A stretch of 64,000 bases of DNA from Bacteroidota bacterium (GTDB lineage: Bacteria > Bacteroidota > Bacteroidia > NS11-12g > UBA955): the NCBI GenBank assembly GCA_016868785.1, contig VGFS01000002.1:26380-90379 (forward strand), in the 5' to 3' direction. Both the position numbers and the translations under genes were made by a program. Below, in pieces: positions 1 through 9,382 of the stretch. The notes below the pieces were generated by a model. The model did no database searches, was not told where the DNA came from, and saw only the letters and a list, made by a program, of their open reading frames with translations. Position 1 is the first letter of the stretch. The number at the start of each line of letters is the position of its first letter.

Positions 1-366
1 TTCAAGGATACTGTTTTTATGTTTGGCGATGTGAAGGACGGGGAGAGTGTTCAGCACACATATTCATTCAAAAACACGGGTGAGGCTCCTATCAGTATTG
101 CCAATGTTGTGGCGCAGTGCGGGTGTACTACACCAGAATATACGCACGAGTTGGTAGCACCAGGGGAGACTGGCAAGGTGATGGCCACGTTTAACAGTTC
201 AAACAGAGGGGGACCGGGGGGCATATTGAACGAGAAGAGCATCACGGTGACGTTTGAAAACAGCAAAACGGTTGAGGTGGTATTGAAATTTAAGGCCAAT
301 GTTATTGCTCCGGAAGGCAGTGTGTCTGAGGAGGAAATGATGGGTGGCGACGAACACGGACATTAA
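1..366 (+). CDS. DUF1573 domain protein (5' truncated by window edge)
   Basis: Frame open from base 1 (FKDTVFMFG...). Ig-like DUF1573 signature FKNTGxxP...CGCTTP...PGETG. Usual neighbour of yajC in Bacteroidota. Confidence 0.85.
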   Translation, partial: FKDTVFMFGDVKDGESVQHTYSFKNTGEAPISIANVVAQCGCTTPEYTHELVAPGETGKVMATFNSSNRGGPGGILNEKSITVTFENSKTVEVVLKFKANVIAPEGSVSEEEMMGGDEHGH

Positions 367-375
367 AATTAGACT

Positions 376-684
376 ATGATATTATTACAAGGACAACCCG
401 GCGCTGGCGGCGGATCACAGTTGGTGATGATGGTGCTCATCATGGGCGTATTTTTCGTTTTCATGATTTGGCCACAGATGCGCAGGCAAAAGAAGGCGAA
501 AGCTTATATGGAATCGTTGGTTAAGGGCGACAAGATTGTGACCACGGGTGGAATCCACGGCAAGATCACATCGGTTACGGATGCTCATTTTGTGATAGAG
601 ATGGAGGAGGGAAAGGCCAAGATTGAAAAGTCGGCAGTGAGCATGGAGTTGACGCAGGCGGCGTATCCACAGGCGGCTTCTTAA
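376..684 (+). CDS. yajC: Preprotein translocase subunit YajC
   Basis: Single TM then PQMRRQKK and GDKIVTTGGIHGKI motif. Confidence 0.95.
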   Translation: MILLQGQPGAGGGSQLVMMVLIMGVFFVFMIWPQMRRQKKAKAYMESLVKGDKIVTTGGIHGKITSVTDAHFVIEMEEGKAKIEKSAVSMELTQAAYPQAAS

Positions 685-693
685 GGTTTTTGG

Positions 694-1302
694 GTGGTGT
701 TGTCTGTTGGGGTCACCGGAAACATTGGCAGCGGTAAAAGCACCGTTTGTGCCATCTTTCGTTGGCTTGGTGTGCCCATTTATGAGGCAGACGTGGCGGC
801 AAAATCGTTGTACAACACCCATGCGGGGTTGAGGCAGGCGATGGTTGCTTTATTTGGCGACGGCGTGTATACACCGGAGGGTGTCATTGATGCGTCGTTT
901 GTTCGCGAGCGCGTGTTTGATGATGCGCATTTGATGGAGCGATTGAATGCGGTGGTACATCCGATTGTTTTTGAAGATTTTGCTCAGTGGGTGAGAGACC
1001 GGGAGCGGGAGGGGCATGCGTATGTGATTAAGGAGGCGGCAATTTTGTTTGAGTCGGGTGCGGATGCCACGGTTGACAGGGTTGTGGGTGTGATGGCATC
1101 TCCGGAAATTCGGTTGCGGCGGGTGATGGACAGGGACGGTGTGGACGAGGCGGCGTTTGCACGTCGGGTGCAGGCCCAATGGCCACAGGAGCGGTGGCAG
1201 GACCGCTGTGATTTCTTAATTTACAATGACGGGGAGGCCTTGTTGATTGAGCAGGTAATGACGACGCATCGTCGGTTGCTGACGCTATCGGGCAGGGGTT
1301 GA
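694..1302 (+). CDS. coaE: Dephospho-CoA kinase
   Basis: GVTGNIGSGKST P-loop, LNAVVHP, EAAILFE, RRVMDRDG motifs. GTG start. Confidence 0.95.
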   Translation: MVLSVGVTGNIGSGKSTVCAIFRWLGVPIYEADVAAKSLYNTHAGLRQAMVALFGDGVYTPEGVIDASFVRERVFDDAHLMERLNAVVHPIVFEDFAQWVRDREREGHAYVIKEAAILFESGADATVDRVVGVMASPEIRLRRVMDRDGVDEAAFARRVQAQWPQERWQDRCDFLIYNDGEALLIEQVMTTHRRLLTLSGRG

Positions 1303-2286
1303 TTATTTGTCGCGCAGACCACGCCCACTTTTGGAGATCATGCCTTGATCTTCCATGACGATACGCAATTTATCGAGCACACCATTCACAAAGCGAGAGC
1401 TGTTGGGGGTGCTATAATTTTTTGTGATTTCTAGGTATTCGTTGATGGTGACTTTGACGGGGATGGTGGGGCAGTGGAGGAACTCTGTGAGGGTGAGTTT
1501 GATGATGAGCAGGTCCATCACAGCGATCCGGGAGGGGTCCCAGTTGTCGGAAATTTCAGATATTTGGGATTCGTAAGCGAGGCTATTTTTCGCGGTGGTG
1601 GTAAACAGTTGTTGGGCGAGTTCTACTTCTTCTGAGTTGGACGATGGGGAGTTGGCCACGGGCACTGTGCCGTTGGATTGGGCGCCTTGGATGGTTTTTT
1701 CGATTTCACGGGTGGTATAGAGTTCGTCATCGCTCCAGCCGGGGTAGTAATCATTGAGGGTATCGAAGAAGGATTCTTTGGTTTCGAACAGGTTGGCATA
1801 GAATTCTTCGAGGAAGGCTTGTTGTTGCTCGAAGGTGGGTTGTTCGAAGAAGTCGATGTCGTTGACGAAGTCCCACTCTTGCATCCACTGATAGAAGGTA
1901 TCTAATTGGGCGGAGAGCTGATTCCAGTCGAAGGCGAAGGATTTGCGTTGGCTACCGGTGACGGCGCGATGCAGGTATTTCACCAGCGGCATGCGGTCTA
2001 GGAGTCCTAGTCTACGAATTTTGGTTTGATCGGGGTAGAACTTGGCTTTTTCAAGCGCTTGTTCTTCGAGTAGGTATTGGGAAAGTTGGAAGGGAAAATC
2101 CAACAGAAAAAGATAAAAATCGTGGCTTTGTTGAATGGATTCTATGAGGTGAGAGAGGGTGTCGTCGAAGTAGGTTTTTTGCTTAGGCGTAAGGGTGGGC
2201 CATTGGAAGTCTGACAGTGACTCTCCTTGTTGGAAGGAATAGAGCGACTGAAGGGCTTTGATGCGAACGAGTCTTCGAGATATCAT
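1303..2286 (-). CDS. nusB: Transcription antitermination factor NusB (long Bacteroidota form)
   Basis: N-terminal MISRRLVRIKALQSLY. C-terminal NWDxxRIAxMD, IPVKVTINEYLEI, SSRFVNGVLD. Confidence 0.93.
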   Translation of the reverse strand: MISRRLVRIKALQSLYSFQQGESLSDFQWPTLTPKQKTYFDDTLSHLIESIQQSHDFYLFLLDFPFQLSQYLLEEQALEKAKFYPDQTKIRRLGLLDRMPLVKYLHRAVTGSQRKSFAFDWNQLSAQLDTFYQWMQEWDFVNDIDFFEQPTFEQQQAFLEEFYANLFETKESFFDTLNDYYPGWSDDELYTTREIEKTIQGAQSNGTVPVANSPSSNSEEVELAQQLFTTTAKNSLAYESQISEISDNWDPSRIAVMDLLIIKLTLTEFLHCPTIPVKVTINEYLEITKNYSTPNSSRFVNGVLDKLRIVMEDQGMISKSGRGLRDK

Positions 2287-2361
2287 AGAACGAGGCTACA
2301 AAGATACGAAAATCCCCAGATTATTTCCACAAAATCCTGAACCAAACCCATCGGGAAGTAT

Positions 2362-2369
2362 TAATTTTG
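2362..2369 (+). promoter_or_regulatory. Bacteroidota -7 promoter element (TAATTTTG) for fdx-iscX
   Basis: Matches TAnnTTTG and ends 8 nt before the ATG at 2378. Confidence 0.55.
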
Positions 2370-2377
2370 CGGCGCAT

Positions 2378-2707
2378 ATGGCGAAGATTACCTTTCAGTT
2401 TGAAGAAAAAAACCGCAACGATGTTACGGTTGAGATATTTGAGGGCGAGTCGATTTTGGAGGTGGCGTTGGACAACGACATTCATTTGAACCACAATTGT
2501 GGCGGGGTGTGTGGGTGTTCAACTTGTCATGTTTATGTGGAGCGGGGCGAGGACTTGTTGCCAGACATGAGTGATCGTGAGGAGGAGTATGTAGACCGTG
2601 CACGCAATCCGAAGTATAACAGTCGGTTGGCTTGTCAGTGCAAGTTGTCGGAGGACGGTGATTTGGTGGTAACGATCCCGGATCAGAGAGGAATCATAGG
2701 ACATTAA
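2378..2707 (+). CDS. fdx: 2Fe-2S ferredoxin (ISC/adrenodoxin type)
   Basis: HNCGGVCGCSTCHVY...SRLACQ. Start moved to ATG 2378 because the longer ORF overlaps nusB. Confidence 0.92.
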   Translation: MAKITFQFEEKNRNDVTVEIFEGESILEVALDNDIHLNHNCGGVCGCSTCHVYVERGEDLLPDMSDREEEYVDRARNPKYNSRLACQCKLSEDGDLVVTIPDQRGIIGH

Positions 2708-2716
2708 AAAAGAGAT

Positions 2717-2953
2717 ATGGAAATGTACGAACCCCCGATACAGTGGTCTGATTACGAGGACATTGCGATGAAATTGTACGAGCGATTTGGCGATGATTTT
2801 AGTGAGGCCAAGATTTACCGAATTCGGTTTACTGAGTTGTTGGAGTGGGTGTTGGAGGTCCCGAATTTCGCGGGAAGTCGCGAGGAGAGCAACGAGGGTC
2901 ATTTGGAGATGATTCAGGCGCAGTGGGTATACGAGTGGAGGGATAATCAGTAA
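2717..2953 (+). CDS. iscX: Fe-S cluster assembly protein IscX
   Basis: Small acidic protein, WxDxEDIA..L.E....IRFTELLEWV.....F......NE..LE.IQ..W. Directly after ferredoxin. Confidence 0.9.
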   Translation: MEMYEPPIQWSDYEDIAMKLYERFGDDFSEAKIYRIRFTELLEWVLEVPNFAGSREESNEGHLEMIQAQWVYEWRDNQ

Positions 2954-2989
2954 AAACAGTAATTTTGTATTGAATTATATCAAAAGAAG

Positions 2990-4132
2990 ATGATGAATTT
3001 CGAATTGACAGAAGAGCATTTGGCGGTGCAGCAGGCGGCACGCGATTTTGCACAGACCGAGTTGTTGCCCGGCGTAATCGAGCGTGATAACGAGCAGAAG
3101 TTTCCAGCGGAGCAGATCAAGAAGATGGGCGAGTTGGGATTCATGGGAATGATGGTAGACCCCAAGTATGGTGGGGGTGGGATGGACACCATTTCGTATG
3201 TTTTGGCGATGGAGGAGATTTCCAAAATTGATGCATCGGCGAGTGTTTGTATGAGTGTAAACAACTCTTTGGTTTGTTGGGGATTGGAGGAGTACGGAAC
3301 CGAGGAGCTGAAGATGAAATATTTGGTGGAGTTGGCGAGTGGACAGACGATCGGGGCGTTTTTGTTGAGTGAGCCGGAGGCGGGCAGTGATGCTACGAGT
3401 CAGCGCACTACGGCGATTGACATGGGCGACCACTATGTATTGAATGGTACCAAGAACTGGATTACGAATGGTAATTCGGCGAGTTACTATGTGGTTATTG
3501 CACAGACAGACGTGGAGAAGAAGCACAAGGGAATCAACGCGTTTATCGTGGAGAAGGCCTGGGACGGAGTAACTGTGGGCAAGAAGGAAGACAAGTTGGG
3601 AATTCGCGGCAGTGATACGCACAGCATTATGTTTCAAGACGTGAAGGTGCCCAAGGCGAATCGCATTGGCGACGACGGTTTTGGTTTCAAGTTTGCGATG
3701 AAGGTGTTGAGTGGCGGAAGAATTGGTATTGCTGCGCAGGCTTTGGGTATTGCGAGCGGTGCGTATGAGTTTTCATTGAAGTATTCTAAGGAGCGCAAGG
3801 CGTTTGGTACGGAGATCATGAATCACCAGGCGATTGCGTTTAAGTTGGCGGATATGGCCACTGAGATTGAGGCTGCGAGATTGTTGTGTTTGAAGGCAGC
3901 TTGGATGAAGGATCAGCATTTGAACTACGACCGTGCAAGTTCTATGGCGAAGTTGTTTGCCTCTGAGGTGGCGATGAAGGCGTCGGTTGAGGCGGTTCAG
4001 ATTCACGGTGGCTATGGTTACGTGAAGGAGTACCATGTAGAGCGTTTGATGCGTGATGCAAAAATCACCCAGATTTATGAAGGTACGAGTGAGGTTCAGC
4101 GCGTGGTTATTTCCCGCGATATTTTGAAATAA
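2990..4132 (+). CDS. Acyl-CoA dehydrogenase (short/branched-chain type)
   Basis: LSEPEAGSDA, NGTKNWITN, KLGIRGSDT, QIHGGYGY, IYEGTSEVQR motifs. Confidence 0.95.
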   Translation: MMNFELTEEHLAVQQAARDFAQTELLPGVIERDNEQKFPAEQIKKMGELGFMGMMVDPKYGGGGMDTISYVLAMEEISKIDASASVCMSVNNSLVCWGLEEYGTEELKMKYLVELASGQTIGAFLLSEPEAGSDATSQRTTAIDMGDHYVLNGTKNWITNGNSASYYVVIAQTDVEKKHKGINAFIVEKAWDGVTVGKKEDKLGIRGSDTHSIMFQDVKVPKANRIGDDGFGFKFAMKVLSGGRIGIAAQALGIASGAYEFSLKYSKERKAFGTEIMNHQAIAFKLADMATEIEAARLLCLKAAWMKDQHLNYDRASSMAKLFASEVAMKASVEAVQIHGGYGYVKEYHVERLMRDAKITQIYEGTSEVQRVVISRDILK

Positions 4133-4153
4133 AATTACTCATAGATTAATGAT

Positions 4154-4181
4154 AAAAGGGCGCCGAAGGGCGCCTTTTTTT
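4154..4181 (+). terminator. Rho-independent terminator
   Basis: AAAAGGGCGCC-GAAG-GGCGCC-TTTTTTT after the acyl-CoA dehydrogenase stop. Confidence 0.85.
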
Positions 4182-4369
4182 ATGGTTCTGGGGGGTTGTG
4201 TTGGTGGTAACAGGGTGGGTATCTGATCGTTCATTCATGGAATTGTTTCGGTCACCAAAATTCTTGTGTGCAAAAAATTTTATATCAATTCACTGAAAAT
4301 TTATCGTTAAATATTGGTTGTTTACATAATCTTAACTATGATTGCTTGTTAAACCAATTTAAATAGCCT

Positions 4370-7300
4370 ATGAAACTTAAAGAATTACTCAAGCCTTTGG
4401 CGGCGGCGGCGGTCTTGACATCTTCTGTAGCGGCAGTAAATGCGCAGACAGCGGGGTCATCCACTGACACTGGCAGGGTAGAAGAGGTGGTGGTAACTGC
4501 CTTGGGTATCAAAAAACAACAGCGCGCATTGGGTTACGCAGTTCAATCTGTTAAAGGAAAAGAACTTGTGGGATCGGGTGAGCAAAACGTTGTTCAAGCG
4601 TTGAGTTCAAAAGTAGCAGGTGCTTTGGTGACTAGTTCATCAGGAACGCCTGGTGCTAGTTCAAGAATCTTGTTGCGTGGTGCTGCTACGTTTACGGGTA
4701 ACAACCAGCCGCTTTTTGTGGTGGATGGTGTGCCGATCGACAACAGCACGGACCAATCAACGGCTGGGGATTATCCCTTTAACTCGAACCTTCAGGGGGT
4801 AAACAACTCAAACCGTGCGGTGGACATCAACCCTGATGACATTGAAAACATCACGGTATTGAAAGGTCCTGCGGCTGCGTCTTTGTATGGTGTTCGTGGT
4901 GCCAACGGTGCCATCATCATCACTACCAAGCGTGGACAAAAGGGCGGTAAGCGTTTCAGCGCTGAATTCTCTAGCACCATGGATTGGTCTAAGGTGAACA
5001 AGTTGCCAGAAAGGCAGTTTGTTTATGGCCAAGGACTTGGTGGGGGTGGACAGAGAATCGACTCTGCGGGTGTAAGAAAGAACTTCACCGGTACCATTCC
5101 TGCAGGATGGACTTTGGTAGACGCGGGTACCTCTGCAACTACGCCCAACTCTTGGGGACCTAAAATTGCCGACGGTAAGTCTTTCGACAACGCGGGTAAT
5201 TTCTTCAAGACGGCGATGTCGATGACCAACAACTTGGGTGTAACTGTAAACGGTGACAATACCAGTGCGCGTTTCTCTGTGGGTAACACGCAGCAAGACG
5301 GTATCGTTCCAAATACTTCATTCAAACGTACAACCATTCGTGTGAACACCGATAGTCGTGTTACCGATAAGTTGAGCGTTGGTAGCAGTGTAAACTTGAT
5401 TAACTCAGGGGGTACACGTGCTCAAAACGGTTCTAACTTGTCTGGTGTGATGTTGGGTTTGATGCGTGCTCCTGCTGATTTCAATTTGGCGGGTGGTGCC
5501 GGTGCAGATGGATACACTAACTCTGACGGTACACAATATCAGTATTTCCCCATTTACGATAACCCCTATTGGACAGTATATCGCAACCCATTTACGGATG
5601 ATGTAAACCGCATCATTGGTAACTTGAATGCGCAGTACAAAGCGAATGATTGGTTGTCGATCAACTACCGTGTAGGTACTGACCAATACACCGATAGCCG
5701 TCAGCAAATTTTTGCTGTAGGTTCTTGGCAGCCTGATAACTCACCCGGTGGTGAAATTTCACAGAACGTGTTGCGTTACAAAGAAATTTACAGCGACTTG
5801 GTATTGAACGCCAACCGCAAGGTAAACGAAGATTTGAGCGTGAACATGACTTTGGGTAACAACTTGAACACCCGTACTTCTAGCGATCAGTATTTGCGCG
5901 GTCGCGATTTGGCGGTTCCCAATTTCTACAACTTGAGCAATGCTTCAAATTTGTATGCTTCTCAAGGGTCTGGAACTATCAAAAACGCTGCGATTTTCGG
6001 AAGTGCTGAATTCTCATTCAAGAACTTCTTGTATTTGAATGCCAGCGGTCGTAACGAGTGGGCTTCTACCTTCGGTAACAAGAAAAGTAGCTTCTTCTAC
6101 CCTTCTTTAAGTGGTTCGGTTGTTTTCTCTGAATTGATGGAAAAGGGTGGATTGATTTCATTTGGTAAAATGCGTGTGGCTTATGCGCAAGCGGGTATTA
6201 ACCCTCCAGCGTATGCTACTCGTACTTACTATGGTCAGCCTTTGTTCACCGATGGTTTCACTGGAGGATTGGGCTTCCCATATTTGGGTCAGAACGGTTT
6301 CGGACAGAGCAATGGCTTGGGTAACCAAGGTTTGATGCCTGAGCGCAGAACCAGCAAAGAGATTGGATTTGATGTACGTATGTTCGACAGTCGTTTGACG
6401 ATTGATTTGACCTTGTATGAGCAGAAGTCTACTGATTTGTTGGTGAGCATGCCATTGGCCGCATCTTCAGGATACAGTAGTGTTCGTCAGAACTCTGGTA
6501 CTATGACCAACAAGGGTATTGAGTTGATGTTGGGTGTAACTGCCATCAAGAACAAGAACTTGACTTGGGAAATTGCTGGAAACTTCGGTTTGAACAGAAA
6601 CGAGGTATTGTCATTGGCTCCTGGTGTTGATGAGATCAACATCGAGGCTGCTTTCTCTAGCATTGGATCTTACGCGATTGTTGGTCAGTCTTACGGTTCG
6701 ATGTATGGTTCACGCGTATTACGTCATTCAGACGGTTCAATGATCATCGGTGCCAACGGTTTGCCTGTGTTGAACAACACCCGTGGCAACATTGGTAACC
6801 CTTATCCAGATTGGATTGGAGCATTGCGCAACACGTTGAACGTAAAAGGTCTGAACATCACTGCATTGATCGACGTGCGCAAGGGCGGAGACATCTGGTG
6901 TGGTACTTACGCTCGTTTGTCACAGTACGGCATCACTGCACCTGCTGCCGATCGTTCAGAAACATACACTATTGAGGGTAAGCGTATCACTTCTGGTACA
7001 CCTAAGTACGATTCAAAAACTGGTTTGATCACCAACGAAGGTGAATTGACTTTTGCAGAAAACACCAGGCAAATCAGCGCATTCAACTACTACCGCTCTT
7101 ATTTGGGTGATGGTCCAGGAAGTTCTGCTGAAATGGCGGTTTACGATGGATCATGGGTACGTTTGCGCGAATTGGGCGTAAGCTACAGAATCAACATGAA
7201 GGGCAACAAAAACTTGAGTTACATTGACTTGGGTGTTGTAGGTCGCAACTTGTGGTTGAGCACCAAATATCCTGGGGTAGATCCTGAGACTAGCTTGACA

Positions 7301-7387
7301 GGTGCAAGTTCAAACATTGGTGGTTTCGACTACTTTAACAACCCTGGTTTGAAGTCGTTTATGTTCAACATCAAATTGGGAATCTAA
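4370..7387 (+). CDS. susC: SusC/RagA family TonB-dependent outer membrane transporter
   Basis: Signal peptide, EEVVVTALG TonB box, plug motifs PLFVVDGVP and DINPDDIENITVLKGPAAASLYG.RGANG.IIITTK, long beta-barrel. Followed by SusD. Confidence 0.96.
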   Translation: MKLKELLKPLAAAAVLTSSVAAVNAQTAGSSTDTGRVEEVVVTALGIKKQQRALGYAVQSVKGKELVGSGEQNVVQALSSKVAGALVTSSSGTPGASSRILLRGAATFTGNNQPLFVVDGVPIDNSTDQSTAGDYPFNSNLQGVNNSNRAVDINPDDIENITVLKGPAAASLYGVRGANGAIIITTKRGQKGGKRFSAEFSSTMDWSKVNKLPERQFVYGQGLGGGGQRIDSAGVRKNFTGTIPAGWTLVDAGTSATTPNSWGPKIADGKSFDNAGNFFKTAMSMTNNLGVTVNGDNTSARFSVGNTQQDGIVPNTSFKRTTIRVNTDSRVTDKLSVGSSVNLINSGGTRAQNGSNLSGVMLGLMRAPADFNLAGGAGADGYTNSDGTQYQYFPIYDNPYWTVYRNPFTDDVNRIIGNLNAQYKANDWLSINYRVGTDQYTDSRQQIFAVGSWQPDNSPGGEISQNVLRYKEIYSDLVLNANRKVNEDLSVNMTLGNNLNTRTSSDQYLRGRDLAVPNFYNLSNASNLYASQGSGTIKNAAIFGSAEFSFKNFLYLNASGRNEWASTFGNKKSSFFYPSLSGSVVFSELMEKGGLISFGKMRVAYAQAGINPPAYATRTYYGQPLFTDGFTGGLGFPYLGQNGFGQSNGLGNQGLMPERRTSKEIGFDVRMFDSRLTIDLTLYEQKSTDLLVSMPLAASSGYSSVRQNSGTMTNKGIELMLGVTAIKNKNLTWEIAGNFGLNRNEVLSLAPGVDEINIEAAFSSIGSYAIVGQSYGSMYGSRVLRHSDGSMIIGANGLPVLNNTRGNIGNPYPDWIGALRNTLNVKGLNITALIDVRKGGDIWCGTYARLSQYGITAPAADRSETYTIEGKRITSGTPKYDSKTGLITNEGELTFAENTRQISAFNYYRSYLGDGPGSSAEMAVYDGSWVRLRELGVSYRINMKGNKNLSYIDLGVVGRNLWLSTKYPGVDPETSLTGASSNIGGFDYFNNPGLKSFMFNIKLGI

Positions 7388-7408
7388 TTCTTAGGAAAGG
7401 ATAAAAAG

Positions 7409-8809
7409 ATGAAAAAATTATTTGCAATTTTATTAGGAACAGCGGTTTTGTTCACTTCTTGTAAGAAGTGGGTATCTGGGCATGAAGTATCGCCCAATGC
7501 TCCCGGAGAGGCGAACCCCGCGTTATTGAACAGTGCTTGTCAGTTGGCGATTTTCGCTACTTACGGCGGTTCATTGTCGAGAACTACCAGCATGTGGACA
7601 CAACACAGCGAGGGAGTTTCTAACCAATCGTTGGATCAGGGAGCCTACATCATTGATGAGGGTGACGTTGAGAACGAGTGGGGTGTAATTTACCAAGGTG
7701 GTTTGAAGAACATGCGTTTGTTGGAAAAAACTGCCGGCGATGGCAATCCTGCTTATCAGGGCATGGCGAAGGTCATGACTGCGATGATGTTGGGTGCTGC
7801 TACGGATATGTGGGGTGATATTCCTTGGACGGAAGCGTTGGATGGCGAAGCTGGAAACTACAGCGCCAAATACGATTCACAGGAGAGCATCATTGCTGCT
7901 ATGCAAACCATGTTGGATGACGCAGTTGTATTGTTGGACAAGCCCGATAATGCTTTGGCTCCAGGTTCGGATGATTTCATTTACGGCGGAGATGCTGGCA
8001 AGTGGAAGGCGTTGGCTTATGCAATCAAAGCGCGTTATGCGATGCGTATTAGCAACCGCGATGCCAACTGGCACACCAAGGCTTTGGATTACGTAGCCAA
8101 GGCGAAGGCGGCTGGTTTCACCAGTTCTGCTGCTGATGCCAACTGTATCTTTGGTACCAATGCAAACGAGTACAACCAGTGGTATGCCTTCACCCAGGTG
8201 GAGCGTACTGGTTACATGTTGGCTGGTGCTAAGTTGGTTGACATCATGAACAGCATCAACGATCCTCGCATTGGATTCTATTTCACTACGAACGACAGCG
8301 GACAGTACAAAGGTGCTGCGTTGGGAAGCCAGGCCGTGAAAAACATCAGTGATTTCGGTTCTTATTTTGCTTCTCAAAAAAGTGTTACGCCTTTGGCTAC
8401 TTACGTGGAGTTGTTGTTCATTGAGGCTGAGGCACAATTTGCTGCTGGTAACAAGGCTGCGGCTGCTACGGCTCACAACGACGCCATCAAAGCGCACGTA
8501 GGGTTGGTAACTGGCAGTGCGGCTCCTGCTGCTTATGTAAGTTCACAGGCGAGTGAAACGGCTGGATCGATCACTTTGGATAAGATTTTGACACACAAAT
8601 ATGTGTCGGGCTTCTCTATGATCGAGCCTTACAACGATTGGCGCAGAACGGGGGTACCTTCATTGAGTCCTTCTCCATTGGCGTTGATCACCGGCATTGC
8701 CCGCAGATACCCTTATTCTTTGGATGAGCGTTTGTACAACACCAAGTTCCCAGGAGCGATTGGTGTGAACGACTTGGCCGATAAGAAGGTTTGGTGGGAT
8801 AGCAAGTAA
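7409..8809 (+). CDS. susD: SusD/RagB family lipoprotein
   Basis: Lipobox FTSC, NxPN, D.WGDIPW.EA, KYDSQE, D.IYGGD..KW, C-terminal E.YNDWRRTG.P...RYPY...KVWWD. Confidence 0.95.
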   Translation: MKKLFAILLGTAVLFTSCKKWVSGHEVSPNAPGEANPALLNSACQLAIFATYGGSLSRTTSMWTQHSEGVSNQSLDQGAYIIDEGDVENEWGVIYQGGLKNMRLLEKTAGDGNPAYQGMAKVMTAMMLGAATDMWGDIPWTEALDGEAGNYSAKYDSQESIIAAMQTMLDDAVVLLDKPDNALAPGSDDFIYGGDAGKWKALAYAIKARYAMRISNRDANWHTKALDYVAKAKAAGFTSSAADANCIFGTNANEYNQWYAFTQVERTGYMLAGAKLVDIMNSINDPRIGFYFTTNDSGQYKGAALGSQAVKNISDFGSYFASQKSVTPLATYVELLFIEAEAQFAAGNKAAAATAHNDAIKAHVGLVTGSAAPAAYVSSQASETAGSITLDKILTHKYVSGFSMIEPYNDWRRTGVPSLSPSPLALITGIARRYPYSLDERLYNTKFPGAIGVNDLADKKVWWDSK

Positions 8810-8851
8810 ATCGTTGTTGGGTGTGATTTAAGGATTGCATCGAATAGTTGT

Positions 8852-8889
8852 AACAGGGAGGGCGGCCGCAGGCCGCCCTCCCTGTTTTT
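8852..8889 (+). terminator. Rho-independent terminator of susCD
   Basis: Perfect 16-bp stem AACAGGGAGGGCGGCC-GCA-GGCCGCCCTCCCTGTT plus T tract. Confidence 0.9.
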
Positions 8890-9039
8890 ATGGGGGTTGT
8901 GGTTTTATGGGGTTACCGTATGGTGAGGGATGCGGCTTGTGGTAAGAGGGTAGTCTTTTTTAATCGGTTAGATACAGGTATAATCGGCAATAATCGGAAA
9001 GGGCCGACTGCATGTGTTGTTGTGATACAAATTGCATAC

Positions 9040-9360
9040 ATGGAAAATCAAAGTTATTCAGACAGGGCATGGGAATTGGGATTCCACACCCTGGAGATGG
9101 TGAATCGCATGAACCGAGCAGATTTTGTGTTGTTGGGAGAGGAAATGATGAAAACGGCCAGGCAGGTTAGTACGGGGAGTCCGATGAACACCCGGGAAGA
9201 AATGTACGATGCCTATCAACGCTGTTTGCGTTTGATGAGTTATTTGCAGGCGGTGGAGGATATGGGAATTATTTCTTCGGCGGAATACAAGGACTTGGAG
9301 ATACAGATCTTGGCATTGACGAACCAGATTCAGGGGATGTACAAAAAAGCCCAATGTTAA
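9040..9360 (+). CDS. Divergent four-helix-bundle protein (23S rRNA IVP/S23-like family)
   Basis: From ATG 9040, 106 aa. Helix pattern RAWELGFHTLEM...LGEEMMKTARQV...LMSYLQAVEDMGIISSAEYKDL...LTNQIQGMYKK follows the family pattern but lacks NIAEG. Confidence 0.6.
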   Translation: MENQSYSDRAWELGFHTLEMVNRMNRADFVLLGEEMMKTARQVSTGSPMNTREEMYDAYQRCLRLMSYLQAVEDMGIISSAEYKDLEIQILALTNQIQGMYKKAQC

Positions 9361-9382
9361 CTTTGTGTTAAATATGGATTAA
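9355..9382. promoter_or_regulatory. Putative Pho-box-like direct repeat array
   Basis: TGTTAA 9355, TGTTAA 9366, GATTAA 9377 (11-bp period), upstream of the TAAATTTG -7 element (9409-9416) of the phosphate operon. Confidence 0.55.

Noticed and set aside
9040-9360. Avd-like protein suggesting a diversity-generating retroelement
   Set aside because: I saw no reverse transcriptase and no TR/VR repeat pair in the window.
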